From: a virus
Lineage: Duplodnaviria > Caudoviricetes
IMG/VR virus record: IMGVR_UViG_3300017774_002204
Location: 1 to 27,990 of that record
DNA: 27,990 nt
Reading direction: 5' to 3' (one strand)
The notes beneath the pieces were generated by a model. That model was not told the DNA's origin. It made no database searches and saw only the letters and a list, made by a program, of their open reading frames with translations. Positions 1-8,727 of this stretch are shown piece by piece. The position numbers and the translations under genes were made by a program. How positions within the stretch are numbered: the stretch's first letter is position 1; every line of letters starts with the position of its first letter.

Positions 1-7
1 AACTAGA

Positions 8-15
8 GGTATACT
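8..15 (+). promoter_or_regulatory. Putative -10 promoter element (GG-TATACT) for the tail tube gene
   Basis: TATACT at 10-15, followed by TAACTTAGGA, which resembles TATAAT-TAACTAGGA at 15896. A Shine-Dalgarno-like AGAGGTG at 61-67 precedes ATG 76. Any -35 would lie outside the window. Confidence 0.45.
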
Positions 16-75
16 TAACTTAGGAAACGCCAATCTCCCCATAAATTTTAAGACTATAAAAGAGGTGAAAAAAAT

Positions 76-741
76 ATGGCAACTCGTGGAAATTCCAATC
101 AAATTATTGTTGGAGCAGCCCAACTCTTCGTTTCGAAGCTAGGTCCACTGGAATACAACTCAGCAATCAGTAACTACTCATTTAGTAGTTCTAGTGCAAC
201 TGCTGGTATTCCTGCTTTTGTTTCTGGTACTCAGTATGCAGATACTGTTGAATCAGCATCAGTAAGCTGGAGAAATGTAGGCTTTACTATGAACGGTTTA
301 GAAGTACAGTTCCAACCAGACTTTGGTGAAGTACAGGTAGATCAGCTTCTTGACGTTGCAAAGCTTTACAAGCAAGGTATGCAGGTTAGCATGGTTACAG
401 CATTCGCTGAAGCCACACTTGAAAACCTTGTTGTTGCAATTGCAACTCCAAGCGCAAATCTTACGGGAACTACTACTAAGACTCTTGATGTAACAGCTGG
501 TGATCTAGGTGACGTTCCTGTGGAACGTGCTATTATTGCTGTTGGTCCAGGTTCTGGTGATCCTGCAGCAACTGGTGCAAACAAGATAGAGCGTGTTTAT
601 GTAGGACATCGTGTTCTCTCAATTGAGAATGTGACTGTATCTGCAAAGCGTGATGAACCTTCAATGTATGAAGTTACATTCCGTTTGCTTCCAGCATCCA
701 ATGGTTCCTATGGTAAGATCGTTGATCGTACTGTTGGCTAA
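76..741 (+). CDS. Major tail (tube) protein, siphovirus type
   Basis: 221 aa, beta-rich. Has tube-like motifs (IIVGAAQLFV, WRNVGFTMNGLEVQFQPDFGEVQVDQL, EATLENL, YEVTFRLLP). Lies directly upstream of the chaperone pair and tape measure. Confidence 0.85.
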   Translation: MATRGNSNQIIVGAAQLFVSKLGPLEYNSAISNYSFSSSSATAGIPAFVSGTQYADTVESASVSWRNVGFTMNGLEVQFQPDFGEVQVDQLLDVAKLYKQGMQVSMVTAFAEATLENLVVAIATPSANLTGTTTKTLDVTAGDLGDVPVERAIIAVGPGSGDPAATGANKIERVYVGHRVLSIENVTVSAKRDEPSMYEVTFRLLPASNGSYGKIVDRTVG

Positions 742-766
742 TCAATAAAATTAAATATAGAAACTT

Positions 767-802
767 TGCCCATCCCCTAAAAAGGGTGGGCATTGTTTAT
801 TT
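767..802 (+). terminator. Intrinsic terminator after the tail tube gene
   Basis: Stem TGCCCATCC (767-775) pairs with GGGTGGGCA (784-792) with one G-U pair, followed by TTGTTTATTT. Confidence 0.75.
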
Positions 803-815
803 AATAGGGCATTTA

Positions 816-844
816 TGCTATAATTGAATATATTCTATAGGAGG
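816..844 (+). promoter_or_regulatory. Extended -10 promoter (TGcTATAAT) and RBS for the chaperone/tape measure operon
   Basis: TG 816-817, TATAAT 819-824, AGGAGG 839-844, ATG 850. Confidence 0.7.
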
Positions 845-849
845 AATAA

Positions 850-1185
850 ATGGCAACTAGCGTATATGAAGTTGTAGAAGTAGAACTATTAGATGGTTCT
901 GCTATTTCTATGAAACCACTTAAAATTTCTTTATTGAGAGATTTTATGAAAGAGTTTCAAAAGATTAGTGATCCAAAAATTGCAGAAGATAATATCAAAT
1001 CAATGGATCTTTTGTTAAACTGTGCAGTAATTGCAATGAAGCAATATAGCCCAGAGTTAGCAACTAAGGAGCAGTTGGAAGAAATCATGGATTTGCCAAC
1101 TGTGTACAAGGTAATTGAAGTTGCTGCAGGGATCAAGTTGAATGACCCAAACGCACTGGCAGCGGCTCTAGTTGGGACGAACTAG
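850..1185 (+). CDS. Tail assembly chaperone (lambda gpG-like, short form)
   Basis: 111-aa acidic helical protein between the tail tube and tape measure. Strong RBS, and a slippery heptamer near the 3' end. Confidence 0.85.
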   Translation: MATSVYEVVEVELLDGSAISMKPLKISLLRDFMKEFQKISDPKIAEDNIKSMDLLLNCAVIAMKQYSPELATKEQLEEIMDLPTVYKVIEVAAGIKLNDPNALAAALVGTN

Positions 1186-1194
1186 ATCTCGCTG
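1146..1194 (+). promoter_or_regulatory. Programmed -1 ribosomal frameshift signal (C CCA AAC plus downstream hairpin)
   Basis: In-phase X XXY YYZ heptamer at 1146-1152, a 7-nt spacer, then the hairpin CAGCG-gc-TCTAGTT-gggacg-AACTAGA-tct-CGCTG (1160-1194). The -1 frame opens right after TGA 1143-1145 and runs to 1517. Confidence 0.85.
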
Positions 1195-1517
1195 AGTTAG
1201 AATCAAGAGTATTTCTTTTGGGATTCTGGAAGAATTATTCTGAAATGGAAGAAAGTATATCAATGCCTGAACTAGTAGCAATACTAGAAGCTAAGAGTAG
1301 TCAAGACTATGAAGAAAAGAAATTCTTAGCAGCATTACAAGGTGTTAACATAGACTCTTCTTCTTCGTCTGGAAATAAATGGGAAGAGATGAAAGCCAGA
1401 GTTTATAGCAATGGTGCTACATCAAATCCTAATGACATCCTTGCATTACAAGGTGCTGCAGCTACAAGAGCTGGTTTTGGCATTGGAGAAGGCTTGGAAT
1501 ATGAGGTGATTAGTTAA
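1152..1517 (+). CDS. Frameshifted C-terminal part of the tail assembly chaperone (gpGT-like; fused product 850-1517, ~222 aa)
   Basis: The -1 frame reads RTGSGSSWDELDLAELESRVFLLGFWKNYSEMEES... The track's TTG start at 1218 is internal to this frame. The stop overlaps the tape measure ATG (TAATG). Confidence 0.8.
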   Translation, partial: RTGSGSSWDELDLAELESRVFLLGFWKNYSEMEESISMPELVAILEAKSSQDYEEKKFLAALQGVNIDSSSSSGNKWEEMKARVYSNGATSNPNDILALQGAAATRAGFGIGEGLEYEVIS

Positions 1518-4500
1518 TGGCTGAAATTGCAAAAGGCATTATTGATATTGAGATTAATACAGGTGGTGCTGCGTCTCAACTTCAAGCTTTGCAAACCCAG
1601 ATTAATGCTTTTAATTTAGCTCTTAATAAGAGTAATAAGGCACATAGCACTTTTGCAAAAGAATTTGGTGGAGAACTACAAAATGCAATAAATAAGACTG
1701 GACTATTCACTGCTGAAACCATAAGACTTCAAACTGCTGCATCAACGTTAGATAAAACTTTGTCCAAAGGAAGAACTTCCCTTGGGCAATTTTTTAGTGC
1801 AAAGTTTAATAAGAATAGTGCTATTGCAGCAGAGACAATGGCACTTGCTGCAGAAAGAGCAAAAAGACTTCAAACACAATTTATTGCAACCTCTGGTGCT
1901 GCAAATGGATTTCAAGATGCTTTAGCAGTTAGACCACTTTCTGCATTCTCTTCACAAGCAGCAGTAGCTGCTCAAAAAACTCAGATTCTTTCTAACATGT
2001 TTAAGCAGGGTACTACCCAACTCATCAACTTTGGTAAAAATGTTCAGTGGGCTGGTCGCCAGCTTATGGTTGGTTTCACAGTTCCACTTACCATATTTGG
2101 AGCAATGGCTGGTAAAACATTTATGGAACTTGAAAAACAAGGGGTCGCATTTAAAAAGGTGTATGGAGATATTTTTACAACTCCAGCAGAATTAAATAAG
2201 AATTTAGAAGCAGTAAAAGGTCTTGCATCAGAATATACAAAATATGGTATTGCAGTAAAAGACACTATTAGTCTTGCTGCTCAAGCTGCTGCTGCTGGTA
2301 GAAAAGATGCAGAACTTACTGACGCAGTTTCTCAGGCAACAAGGCTTGCAACACTTGGTCAAATGGATCAAAATGCAGCACTTGAAACAACAATATCTTT
2401 GCAATCTGCATTTAGATTATCAGGAAAAGATCTTGCAGATACTATTAACTTTTTAAATATGGTTGAAAACCAAACCGTTGTTTCCTTGCAAGATATTTCT
2501 GCTGCAATCCCTCGTGTTGCACCAGTTATTCAAGGTCTTGGTGGAGACGTAAAAGATCTTACAGTTTTCCTTGCAGCAATGCAAGAAGGTGGAGTTGATG
2601 CAGCAGAAGGTGCTAACGCATTAAAGTCTGGTCTTGCTTCTTTGATTAACCCTACAAAACAAGCAACTGAAATGTTAAATGGTATGGGTATCAATCTTGA
2701 AACAATTATTCAGGCTAACCGTGGAGATTTGATGGGTACTGTTAGATCTTTTGCAGAAGCCCTGCAGGGTCTTGACCAGTTCTCAAGACAACAGGCTCTT
2801 GAGCAGGTATTTGGAAAATTCCAGTATGCAAAACTTGGAGCATTATTTGAAAATATTTCTAGAGAAGGATCTCAAGCTCAACAAGTAATTGCAACAATGG
2901 GATATAGCACAGAACAACTTGGTGCAACTGCAGACAAGGAATTAAAAACAATTGAAGAGTCTTTTGGTGTGCAATTAACAGGGGCAGTAGAAAGATTTAA
3001 ATTAGCAATTGCTCCTATTGGAGAAATATTTGTTAAACTAGCTATTCCACTAGTAAATTTTGCAACAAAGATTGTAGAAGGGTTTAATGGTTTAAGTGAT
3101 ACTCAAAAAAGATTTACTGCAATTGCTGCAGTAATTGTTGGCGTAGTTATTCCAGCAGTTACAATGATGGCTGGTTTATTCCTAAACCTTGTTGGAACTC
3201 TTGCAAAAATAGGTCAAGGCATGGCTTTATTTGGAAAAGGATTTCTTACAGGTGGTCCAGTAGGAGCAGTAAAAGCACTTACACAAAGTTCAAAATACTT
3301 AAGTCTTGCTGAAATGGATGCAGCAATGGCTGCCCAACAACTTTCTGGAGCAAGTCAAGTTCTAAACACTACCCTTATTAGACAAGTTGGAACAGCAAAT
3401 GCAGCTGCTACCGCTATTGCAAATCTAACAAGAGCATATTCTGCAATGGCTTCCACTCAAGCTGCTGCAGGAGCATTTCCAGCATTTGGAGTTGCGAGTG
3501 CTGCTGGAGCTGCTGCAAGAGAAGGAAAAACTGGTGCATTTAGAGTAAGAGGTCTAAGAAGAAATTCTGGTGGAAGTATTCCAGGATCTGGAAATACTGA
3601 TACCGTTCCAGCCATGCTGACTCCTGGTGAATTTGTCATAAATAAAGATGCAACAAAAGAAAATCTTGGATTACTTAAGGCAATTAATGGTGGAAGTGTC
3701 AAGGGATATAATAAAGGCGGTATTGCTAAAGAGGTTCAATATTTAAATAGAGGTGCTCTTGTTTCTCAAGCAAGATCAATTCTTGACATGGTAAGAAGGG
3801 GAGGCATGGGAAGCTTAGACGATGCCATCAAGGGGGCTAAAGATCCTAAGCTATCATCCCTACTGTCTAGATATGGAAGCATTAGTCGTGCAGGTTCAGC
3901 AAAGTCTATTTCAACAGGGTCATCTTCAAAAACATTTGCACACATGGATTCAAATACAATGAATGCTAAAACACCAGAAGGAAAACAATTTTTTGACAAT
4001 CTATATGAGACCTTATTAAACTCTGGAGCACTAGTTGGTCATCAAAAAACTACATGGGCTTATGGAAAAGCTAATGGTTGGAATGGATGGAGAGTAACTG
4101 GTGGAACGGGGTTTAATCTTTCAAAACAAACTACTGTTAATGGCAATACCTTTGGTATTAATTCTAAATTAAATACAAAAGAAGGAGTTCCTGCGAATGT
4201 GCTTTTAGATGACTTACTTCAAAACTTTTCTAAAGGTGGCAGGGATAATCCATATCTTCCAATGTTAAGACGTGCTGGCATTAAAGATGGCGTACTGATT
4301 GAAAATATATCACAAAAAATTCATAGCGATGTTGTTAAAAATTTATCAGGTCTAGGGCAAAAAACAATAACAGATCAAAAAATTTATCCAGATATGACAA
4401 GAATAATAAGAGATTCAATAGGAAGCACAATAAAAGACAGTCAGCTAAAAGAAAAAGCTCTGAGTAACCTAAGTGCTGGTTTGCAGGTTAGAACTGGAAA

Positions 4501-7500
4501 CGTTCCAAAACTTAAAGATCCTAATGAACTTAAGGGCACTCAGTATAGCTTTCAAGCATTACTTAAAAGGGCAAAGGAGGGTGGTACAGATATTTCAGAT
4601 TTTATGCCATTCTTTTTACAAAGAAACAAGGGTGGCGAAATTCCTGGATCTGGAAACTCTGATACAATTCCAACAATGCTTACTCCAGGAGAATTTGTTG
4701 TAAATAAAAAAGCAGCAAGTCAAAATCAAGAAATCCTTGAAATGATGAATGGTGGTCAAGTTAAAGGTTATGCAGATGGTGGCATTGTTCAAGGTGAAGA
4801 TGGAAGATTTAGAAGAGCAAATGGACAATTTGCATCCAATGCTGAAATTGCAAAATTCCAAAAAGGTAGTATTTCTAGTAGAATTGGAAAAGTAGCATCT
4901 TCAGGAGTAGGAAGATTTGCTGGATCAACGGCATTAGGTGTTGGTGGATATTCTGCTGGAAAAGCTTTGACTGGTGGAAGTGAAGTTGGTGGAATAATTG
5001 GATCAATTGCTGGACCACTTCTTCCTAAAGCAGTAACTGCTCTAACAGCAGCAATGGGAATTTCTACTGCAGCTTTTGTGGGCGTAACTGCACCACTAGC
5101 TCTTGCAGGATTTGCAGTCTATGCATTAAACAAGCAAATAAATAAAGCAGCTTCTGCTGGTGCAGATATGACAAAAGCAATGTATGGAACCGCTAAATCT
5201 ACAGAAGAAATGGCAAAGTTTTTTGGAAAACAAACATATGCTCAAGCATCAAGACTTGCATCAGTAGAAAAAGCTTATGGATCTACAATTTCAGAAGAAG
5301 CACAAGCTAAATCCTTAGGCTTTGTACAGTCAGACCCTGGCAAGCAACTACTTAAAGATGTTGCTAGTGTAAAAAATAATGGTGGGGATGCTGTAAAAAC
5401 TTTAAGAAATCAGTTATCTGCTGCAATAATTTCAGGAGCAATTGGAATGGAAGAGGCTAATGCAATTGCCTTAGAAGTTGGAAATGCAATTGGAGATCAA
5501 AAAATTGCAGTACAAGTTTCTGGAGAATTGAATAAATTACTTGGTCCAGATGGAAGAGATATATTAAAAAATCTTTCAACAATAACAGCTGAAATTTCTC
5601 CAAGAATTAATTCAAATGATATTGCAAGTGCTGCATCATATGCATACGATCAGTTGGCTCCTGTAGAACAAATATTTACAGACTTGTTTAAGGGAGGAAA
5701 AAGTGGTTTTGAAGATACTTATAAATTAGAACAAATTTCTGCAGACATTGCTGTAACATTTAGAAATGAAGCCAATGCTTTAGAGCTATTAAGTGCTGCA
5801 TACAAAGAAGGCTCGGTTAAGATCAAAGACTTTGTAGAGCAAAGAAGTCTTATAACTAATGCAGGACAAAATTCCTTAGAAAGTTCTGCAAAAACATTAG
5901 GTTTTGAAAATGCACAAGCTTTAAATGCAGCCTCCCAGTCAAAGGGTACGATTGTATCAGGTGGAAGAGCTGGAGCACAGACAGTATTTACAGGAGATGA
6001 AAAAAAGGCAAAACAACTTTTAAAAGAAATGCAAGATGCGTACAGAACTTCTTTAGAAGACAGTGGTATGCTTCCATCGCTAGTTGACGCTGCAATGGCT
6101 AAGGCAAAAGATTTTGATTTTACAACTCTAGGAATGTTGGCAAGTAATCAAATTGATGAAATAGACATTCCAATTGTAACAAAAATGCAAGGTGATTTAT
6201 CTCCAGAAGATTTTGACAACTTCATGACAAACTTTGCTTTACTAAAAAATGTTCCAAACATTGAAAAAACATTTAAATTTAATACCAGCGATTCTCCACA
6301 AAGAATGCAAACAATTGTAGACAAATCTTTAGAACTACAAAAAGATCCAGAAATAGTAAACAGATTTCTTCTTAAAGATGAGTTTTCTAATGTATTTAAG
6401 TCATTTGGAATAAACTATGACAAATTTGCAAACCTTGACGATATTTCAAAAGTAATGCTTATGCAATATATTACAACCTATGAGACAAAAGATGCCTCAT
6501 ATAAAGTAGGAGCAAGAGGAGGTGGTTCTGGTGAAAATAGAAATCTAAAAGAAACTACTACAGACGATAGACAGATGGCAGAGCTGCTTGCCCAATCAAG
6601 AAAAAATAAAGCAGAAGTAGAAAAAGCTATAACGGATAGCAGTTCTGGTGGCGGAGGAGAAGATATTCAAACTCTGCAAGAATACTTGGCAGAATTTAGA
6701 AAACTTACACAAGAAAAGCAAAGATACTTAGCAATAACTTTAAAGTATCTTGGAACTGCAAAAATGGAAGCAGTTTCTTTAATTGATCAAAAAAGACTTA
6801 TAGAGGCTAATGCAATGATAGATTCTAAGAATAATAAAATAAAGAAAGAGGGTAAAAAAATTCTTGCAGAACTTATAAAGCTTGCTGAACAAAGGCTATC
6901 AATTGAAAGAGCAACCGCATTCCTTGCTTTATCAACAGAACAAAAAATTCTATTAAGTTTGGAAATGCAAGAAAAGGCTTTAGATGTAAAATCACAGGCA
7001 GATAACAAGGCTTTAGCAGATAAGCAAAGAGAGATTGTGCTTAACAACAGAGCTTTAGATGACCTTGCTGAAAAAGAAGATGCTGTAAATAAAACATATG
7101 ATGAAAAGTTAAAAGCTCTTGATAAAATTGCTACAGCAAATGATAGAATTGGTGAGCAAGAGCGTTCAAGAATAGGTCTTGCATCAGCCCTTGCTTCTGG
7201 AGACATTGCAGCAGCAGCAAGTGCTGTTAGTGAAATTCAGCAAGCAGAGGCACAGTATCAAATTGAAGACACTAGGGCTGCTCTTGAAGCACAAAGAGAA
7301 AGAGATCTAGAGTCTTTAACAGTATCTGTAAACGGTCAGCTTTTGACTAGAGAGCAAATCCAAGCTAGAAATAAAACTATTGCAGATCAAATTGAAGTTA
7401 TTGAAGATAGACTGTACGCTATTGAAAAAGAAAGATCAGTTTTAGCAGAAAAACGTGCCTCAGCAGAATTAAGAACATATTTATTACAACAAAAACAAAC

Positions 7501-8140
7501 CATTGAAGCTTTAAAGTATAAACAAATTAATGAAGGATTGACAAAGGATCAGAAAGCATTTTTGGGAACACTTACTCTAGACTTTAATAATCTTGCAAAA
7601 ACTTATAATGATAGCACCGAGGGATCTACTGGAGACTTTGCGATGCAAAACCGTGGTGGATATATAGCAAGAATGGCAAATGGTGGAATTGCTTATAAGG
7701 GTTCTAGAGAAGCCCCTCCAGCATTAAGAATGCATGATGGATTTACAGTTCCTGGAAATGGAATGACAGACAAGGTTCCAGCACTCCTAACTCCTGGAGA
7801 ATTTGTTGTTAGAAAATCAGTAGCAGATAAGAGCAGAGGATTCTTAGAGGCTTTAAATGGTCAAGTATTTCCTGGAATGGGTGGAGCACCAGGTGTTCCT
7901 ACAAATAATTTCTTAGATGGCATAGGATCTCCAAGATACTCTATACCAGAAAGTGGTACGTCCAACATTCCAGTAGCTAGTACAAATGTTGTCTCAACCT
8001 CTGCACCAATGTATAATAGTACATATAACGTAAATGTAAACGTATCTGGAACAAATGCATCACCAGATGATATTGCAAATGTAGTTATGGCAAAACTTTC
8101 TCAACAAAATAGAGGGAATTTAAGGAGTAGTAGATACTAA
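1517..8140 (+). CDS. Tape measure protein
   Basis: 2207 aa, Ala/Gly-rich. N-terminal TP901-like core (…AAMQEGGVDAAEGANALKSGLASLINPT…), two hydrophobic segments (~3110-3215 and ~4990-5130) and a long coiled coil (~6660-7600). Canonical position after the chaperones. Confidence 0.95.
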   Translation: MAEIAKGIIDIEINTGGAASQLQALQTQINAFNLALNKSNKAHSTFAKEFGGELQNAINKTGLFTAETIRLQTAASTLDKTLSKGRTSLGQFFSAKFNKNSAIAAETMALAAERAKRLQTQFIATSGAANGFQDALAVRPLSAFSSQAAVAAQKTQILSNMFKQGTTQLINFGKNVQWAGRQLMVGFTVPLTIFGAMAGKTFMELEKQGVAFKKVYGDIFTTPAELNKNLEAVKGLASEYTKYGIAVKDTISLAAQAAAAGRKDAELTDAVSQATRLATLGQMDQNAALETTISLQSAFRLSGKDLADTINFLNMVENQTVVSLQDISAAIPRVAPVIQGLGGDVKDLTVFLAAMQEGGVDAAEGANALKSGLASLINPTKQATEMLNGMGINLETIIQANRGDLMGTVRSFAEALQGLDQFSRQQALEQVFGKFQYAKLGALFENISREGSQAQQVIATMGYSTEQLGATADKELKTIEESFGVQLTGAVERFKLAIAPIGEIFVKLAIPLVNFATKIVEGFNGLSDTQKRFTAIAAVIVGVVIPAVTMMAGLFLNLVGTLAKIGQGMALFGKGFLTGGPVGAVKALTQSSKYLSLAEMDAAMAAQQLSGASQVLNTTLIRQVGTANAAATAIANLTRAYSAMASTQAAAGAFPAFGVASAAGAAAREGKTGAFRVRGLRRNSGGSIPGSGNTDTVPAMLTPGEFVINKDATKENLGLLKAINGGSVKGYNKGGIAKEVQYLNRGALVSQARSILDMVRRGGMGSLDDAIKGAKDPKLSSLLSRYGSISRAGSAKSISTGSSSKTFAHMDSNTMNAKTPEGKQFFDNLYETLLNSGALVGHQKTTWAYGKANGWNGWRVTGGTGFNLSKQTTVNGNTFGINSKLNTKEGVPANVLLDDLLQNFSKGGRDNPYLPMLRRAGIKDGVLIENISQKIHSDVVKNLSGLGQKTITDQKIYPDMTRIIRDSIGSTIKDSQLKEKALSNLSAGLQVRTGNVPKLKDPNELKGTQYSFQALLKRAKEGGTDISDFMPFFLQRNKGGEIPGSGNSDTIPTMLTPGEFVVNKKAASQNQEILEMMNGGQVKGYADGGIVQGEDGRFRRANGQFASNAEIAKFQKGSISSRIGKVASSGVGRFAGSTALGVGGYSAGKALTGGSEVGGIIGSIAGPLLPKAVTALTAAMGISTAAFVGVTAPLALAGFAVYALNKQINKAASAGADMTKAMYGTAKSTEEMAKFFGKQTYAQASRLASVEKAYGSTISEEAQAKSLGFVQSDPGKQLLKDVASVKNNGGDAVKTLRNQLSAAIISGAIGMEEANAIALEVGNAIGDQKIAVQVSGELNKLLGPDGRDILKNLSTITAEISPRINSNDIASAASYAYDQLAPVEQIFTDLFKGGKSGFEDTYKLEQISADIAVTFRNEANALELLSAAYKEGSVKIKDFVEQRSLITNAGQNSLESSAKTLGFENAQALNAASQSKGTIVSGGRAGAQTVFTGDEKKAKQLLKEMQDAYRTSLEDSGMLPSLVDAAMAKAKDFDFTTLGMLASNQIDEIDIPIVTKMQGDLSPEDFDNFMTNFALLKNVPNIEKTFKFNTSDSPQRMQTIVDKSLELQKDPEIVNRFLLKDEFSNVFKSFGINYDKFANLDDISKVMLMQYITTYETKDASYKVGARGGGSGENRNLKETTTDDRQMAELLAQSRKNKAEVEKAITDSSSGGGGEDIQTLQEYLAEFRKLTQEKQRYLAITLKYLGTAKMEAVSLIDQKRLIEANAMIDSKNNKIKKEGKKILAELIKLAEQRLSIERATAFLALSTEQKILLSLEMQEKALDVKSQADNKALADKQREIVLNNRALDDLAEKEDAVNKTYDEKLKALDKIATANDRIGEQERSRIGLASALASGDIAAAASAVSEIQQAEAQYQIEDTRAALEAQRERDLESLTVSVNGQLLTREQIQARNKTIADQIEVIEDRLYAIEKERSVLAEKRASAELRTYLLQQKQTIEALKYKQINEGLTKDQKAFLGTLTLDFNNLAKTYNDSTEGSTGDFAMQNRGGYIARMANGGIAYKGSREAPPALRMHDGFTVPGNGMTDKVPALLTPGEFVVRKSVADKSRGFLEALNGQVFPGMGGAPGVPTNNFLDGIGSPRYSIPESGTSNIPVASTNVVSTSAPMYNSTYNVNVNVSGTNASPDDIANVVMAKLSQQNRGNLRSSRY
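3560..3724 (+). repeat. Protein-level repeat, copy 1 (RNSGGSIPGSGNTDTVPAMLTPGEFVINK…GYNKGGI)
   Basis: 55-aa unit with 36/55 identities, ungapped, to copy 2 by manual alignment. Confidence 0.9.
4622..4786 (+). repeat. Protein-level repeat, copy 2 (RNKGGEIPGSGNSDTIPTMLTPGEFVVNK…GYADGGI)
   Basis: Starts 1062 nt (354 aa) after copy 1. Many synonymous differences indicate an old duplication. Confidence 0.9.
7730..7861 (+). repeat. Protein-level repeat, copy 3 (MHDGFTVPGNGMTDKVPALLTPGEFVVRK…LEALNG)
   Basis: Aligns without gaps to the first 44 positions of copies 1 and 2. Lies near the tape measure C-terminus. Confidence 0.85.
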
Positions 8141-8727
8141 TGGTTAGCAGTGCATATTTAAATTCTAGAAAAAAGTGGGTAAGACCTCAAGCAATTATTT
8201 TTTCTAATAATTCTGGAGGACTTTTAGATGGTGTTCCACAAATTTCTGGAGTAGAAAGAGAAGACTTTATAATTCTTTCTGATCATAATAGAAGCGATAT
8301 TAGTTTTAATACTAATAGACTTGAGAATAGAAAAAGAATGGTAAATGGTCATATGCGTTCTTACCATATTGCAGATAAGATGAATGTATCTTTTTCTTAT
8401 AATTTAATTCCTTCCAGATCTTTTGATGGAGACCCAGAATTTAACACAAGCGGAATTGCAACAGACCTTTCATTAACAGAATATACAGTAGACGGTGGTG
8501 CTGGTGGAGCAGAACTTCTAGAGTGGTACAGCTCAAATCCTGGATCTTTTTATATGTTCTTGTCTTATGATAAACCTCAAAATTTCACCGTAGGAATATA
8601 TCAAAACCTTGATAAATACTCTGACGTTCTAGAAGTTTTTATTTCAGATTTTAGTTATAATGTTATTAAAAGAGGCGGAACTAACCACGACCTTTGGGAT
8701 ATTTCTATTTCTCTTGAGGAAGTATAA
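8140..8727 (+). CDS. Minor tail protein, probable distal tail (Dit-like)
   Basis: 195 aa, coupled to the tape measure (TAATG). Contains RKRMVNGHMRSY and a C-terminal WDISISLEEV strand, as is typical of genes in this position. Confidence 0.65.
   Translation: MVSSAYLNSRKKWVRPQAIIFSNNSGGLLDGVPQISGVEREDFIILSDHNRSDISFNTNRLENRKRMVNGHMRSYHIADKMNVSFSYNLIPSRSFDGDPEFNTSGIATDLSLTEYTVDGGAGGAELLEWYSSNPGSFYMFLSYDKPQNFTVGIYQNLDKYSDVLEVFISDFSYNVIKRGGTNHDLWDISISLEEV

Noticed and set aside
1218-1517. Independent 99-aa gene starting at TTG 1218
   Set aside because: There is no convincing RBS, and the frame is open from 1146. It is better explained as the -1 frameshift extension of the chaperone.
3560-7861. 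Tape measure repeats as a DGR template/variable pair, intein or recent DNA duplication
   Set aside because: Differences are largely synonymous and not adenine-specific, no reverse transcriptase is present, and there are no intein terminal motifs (C/S…HN).
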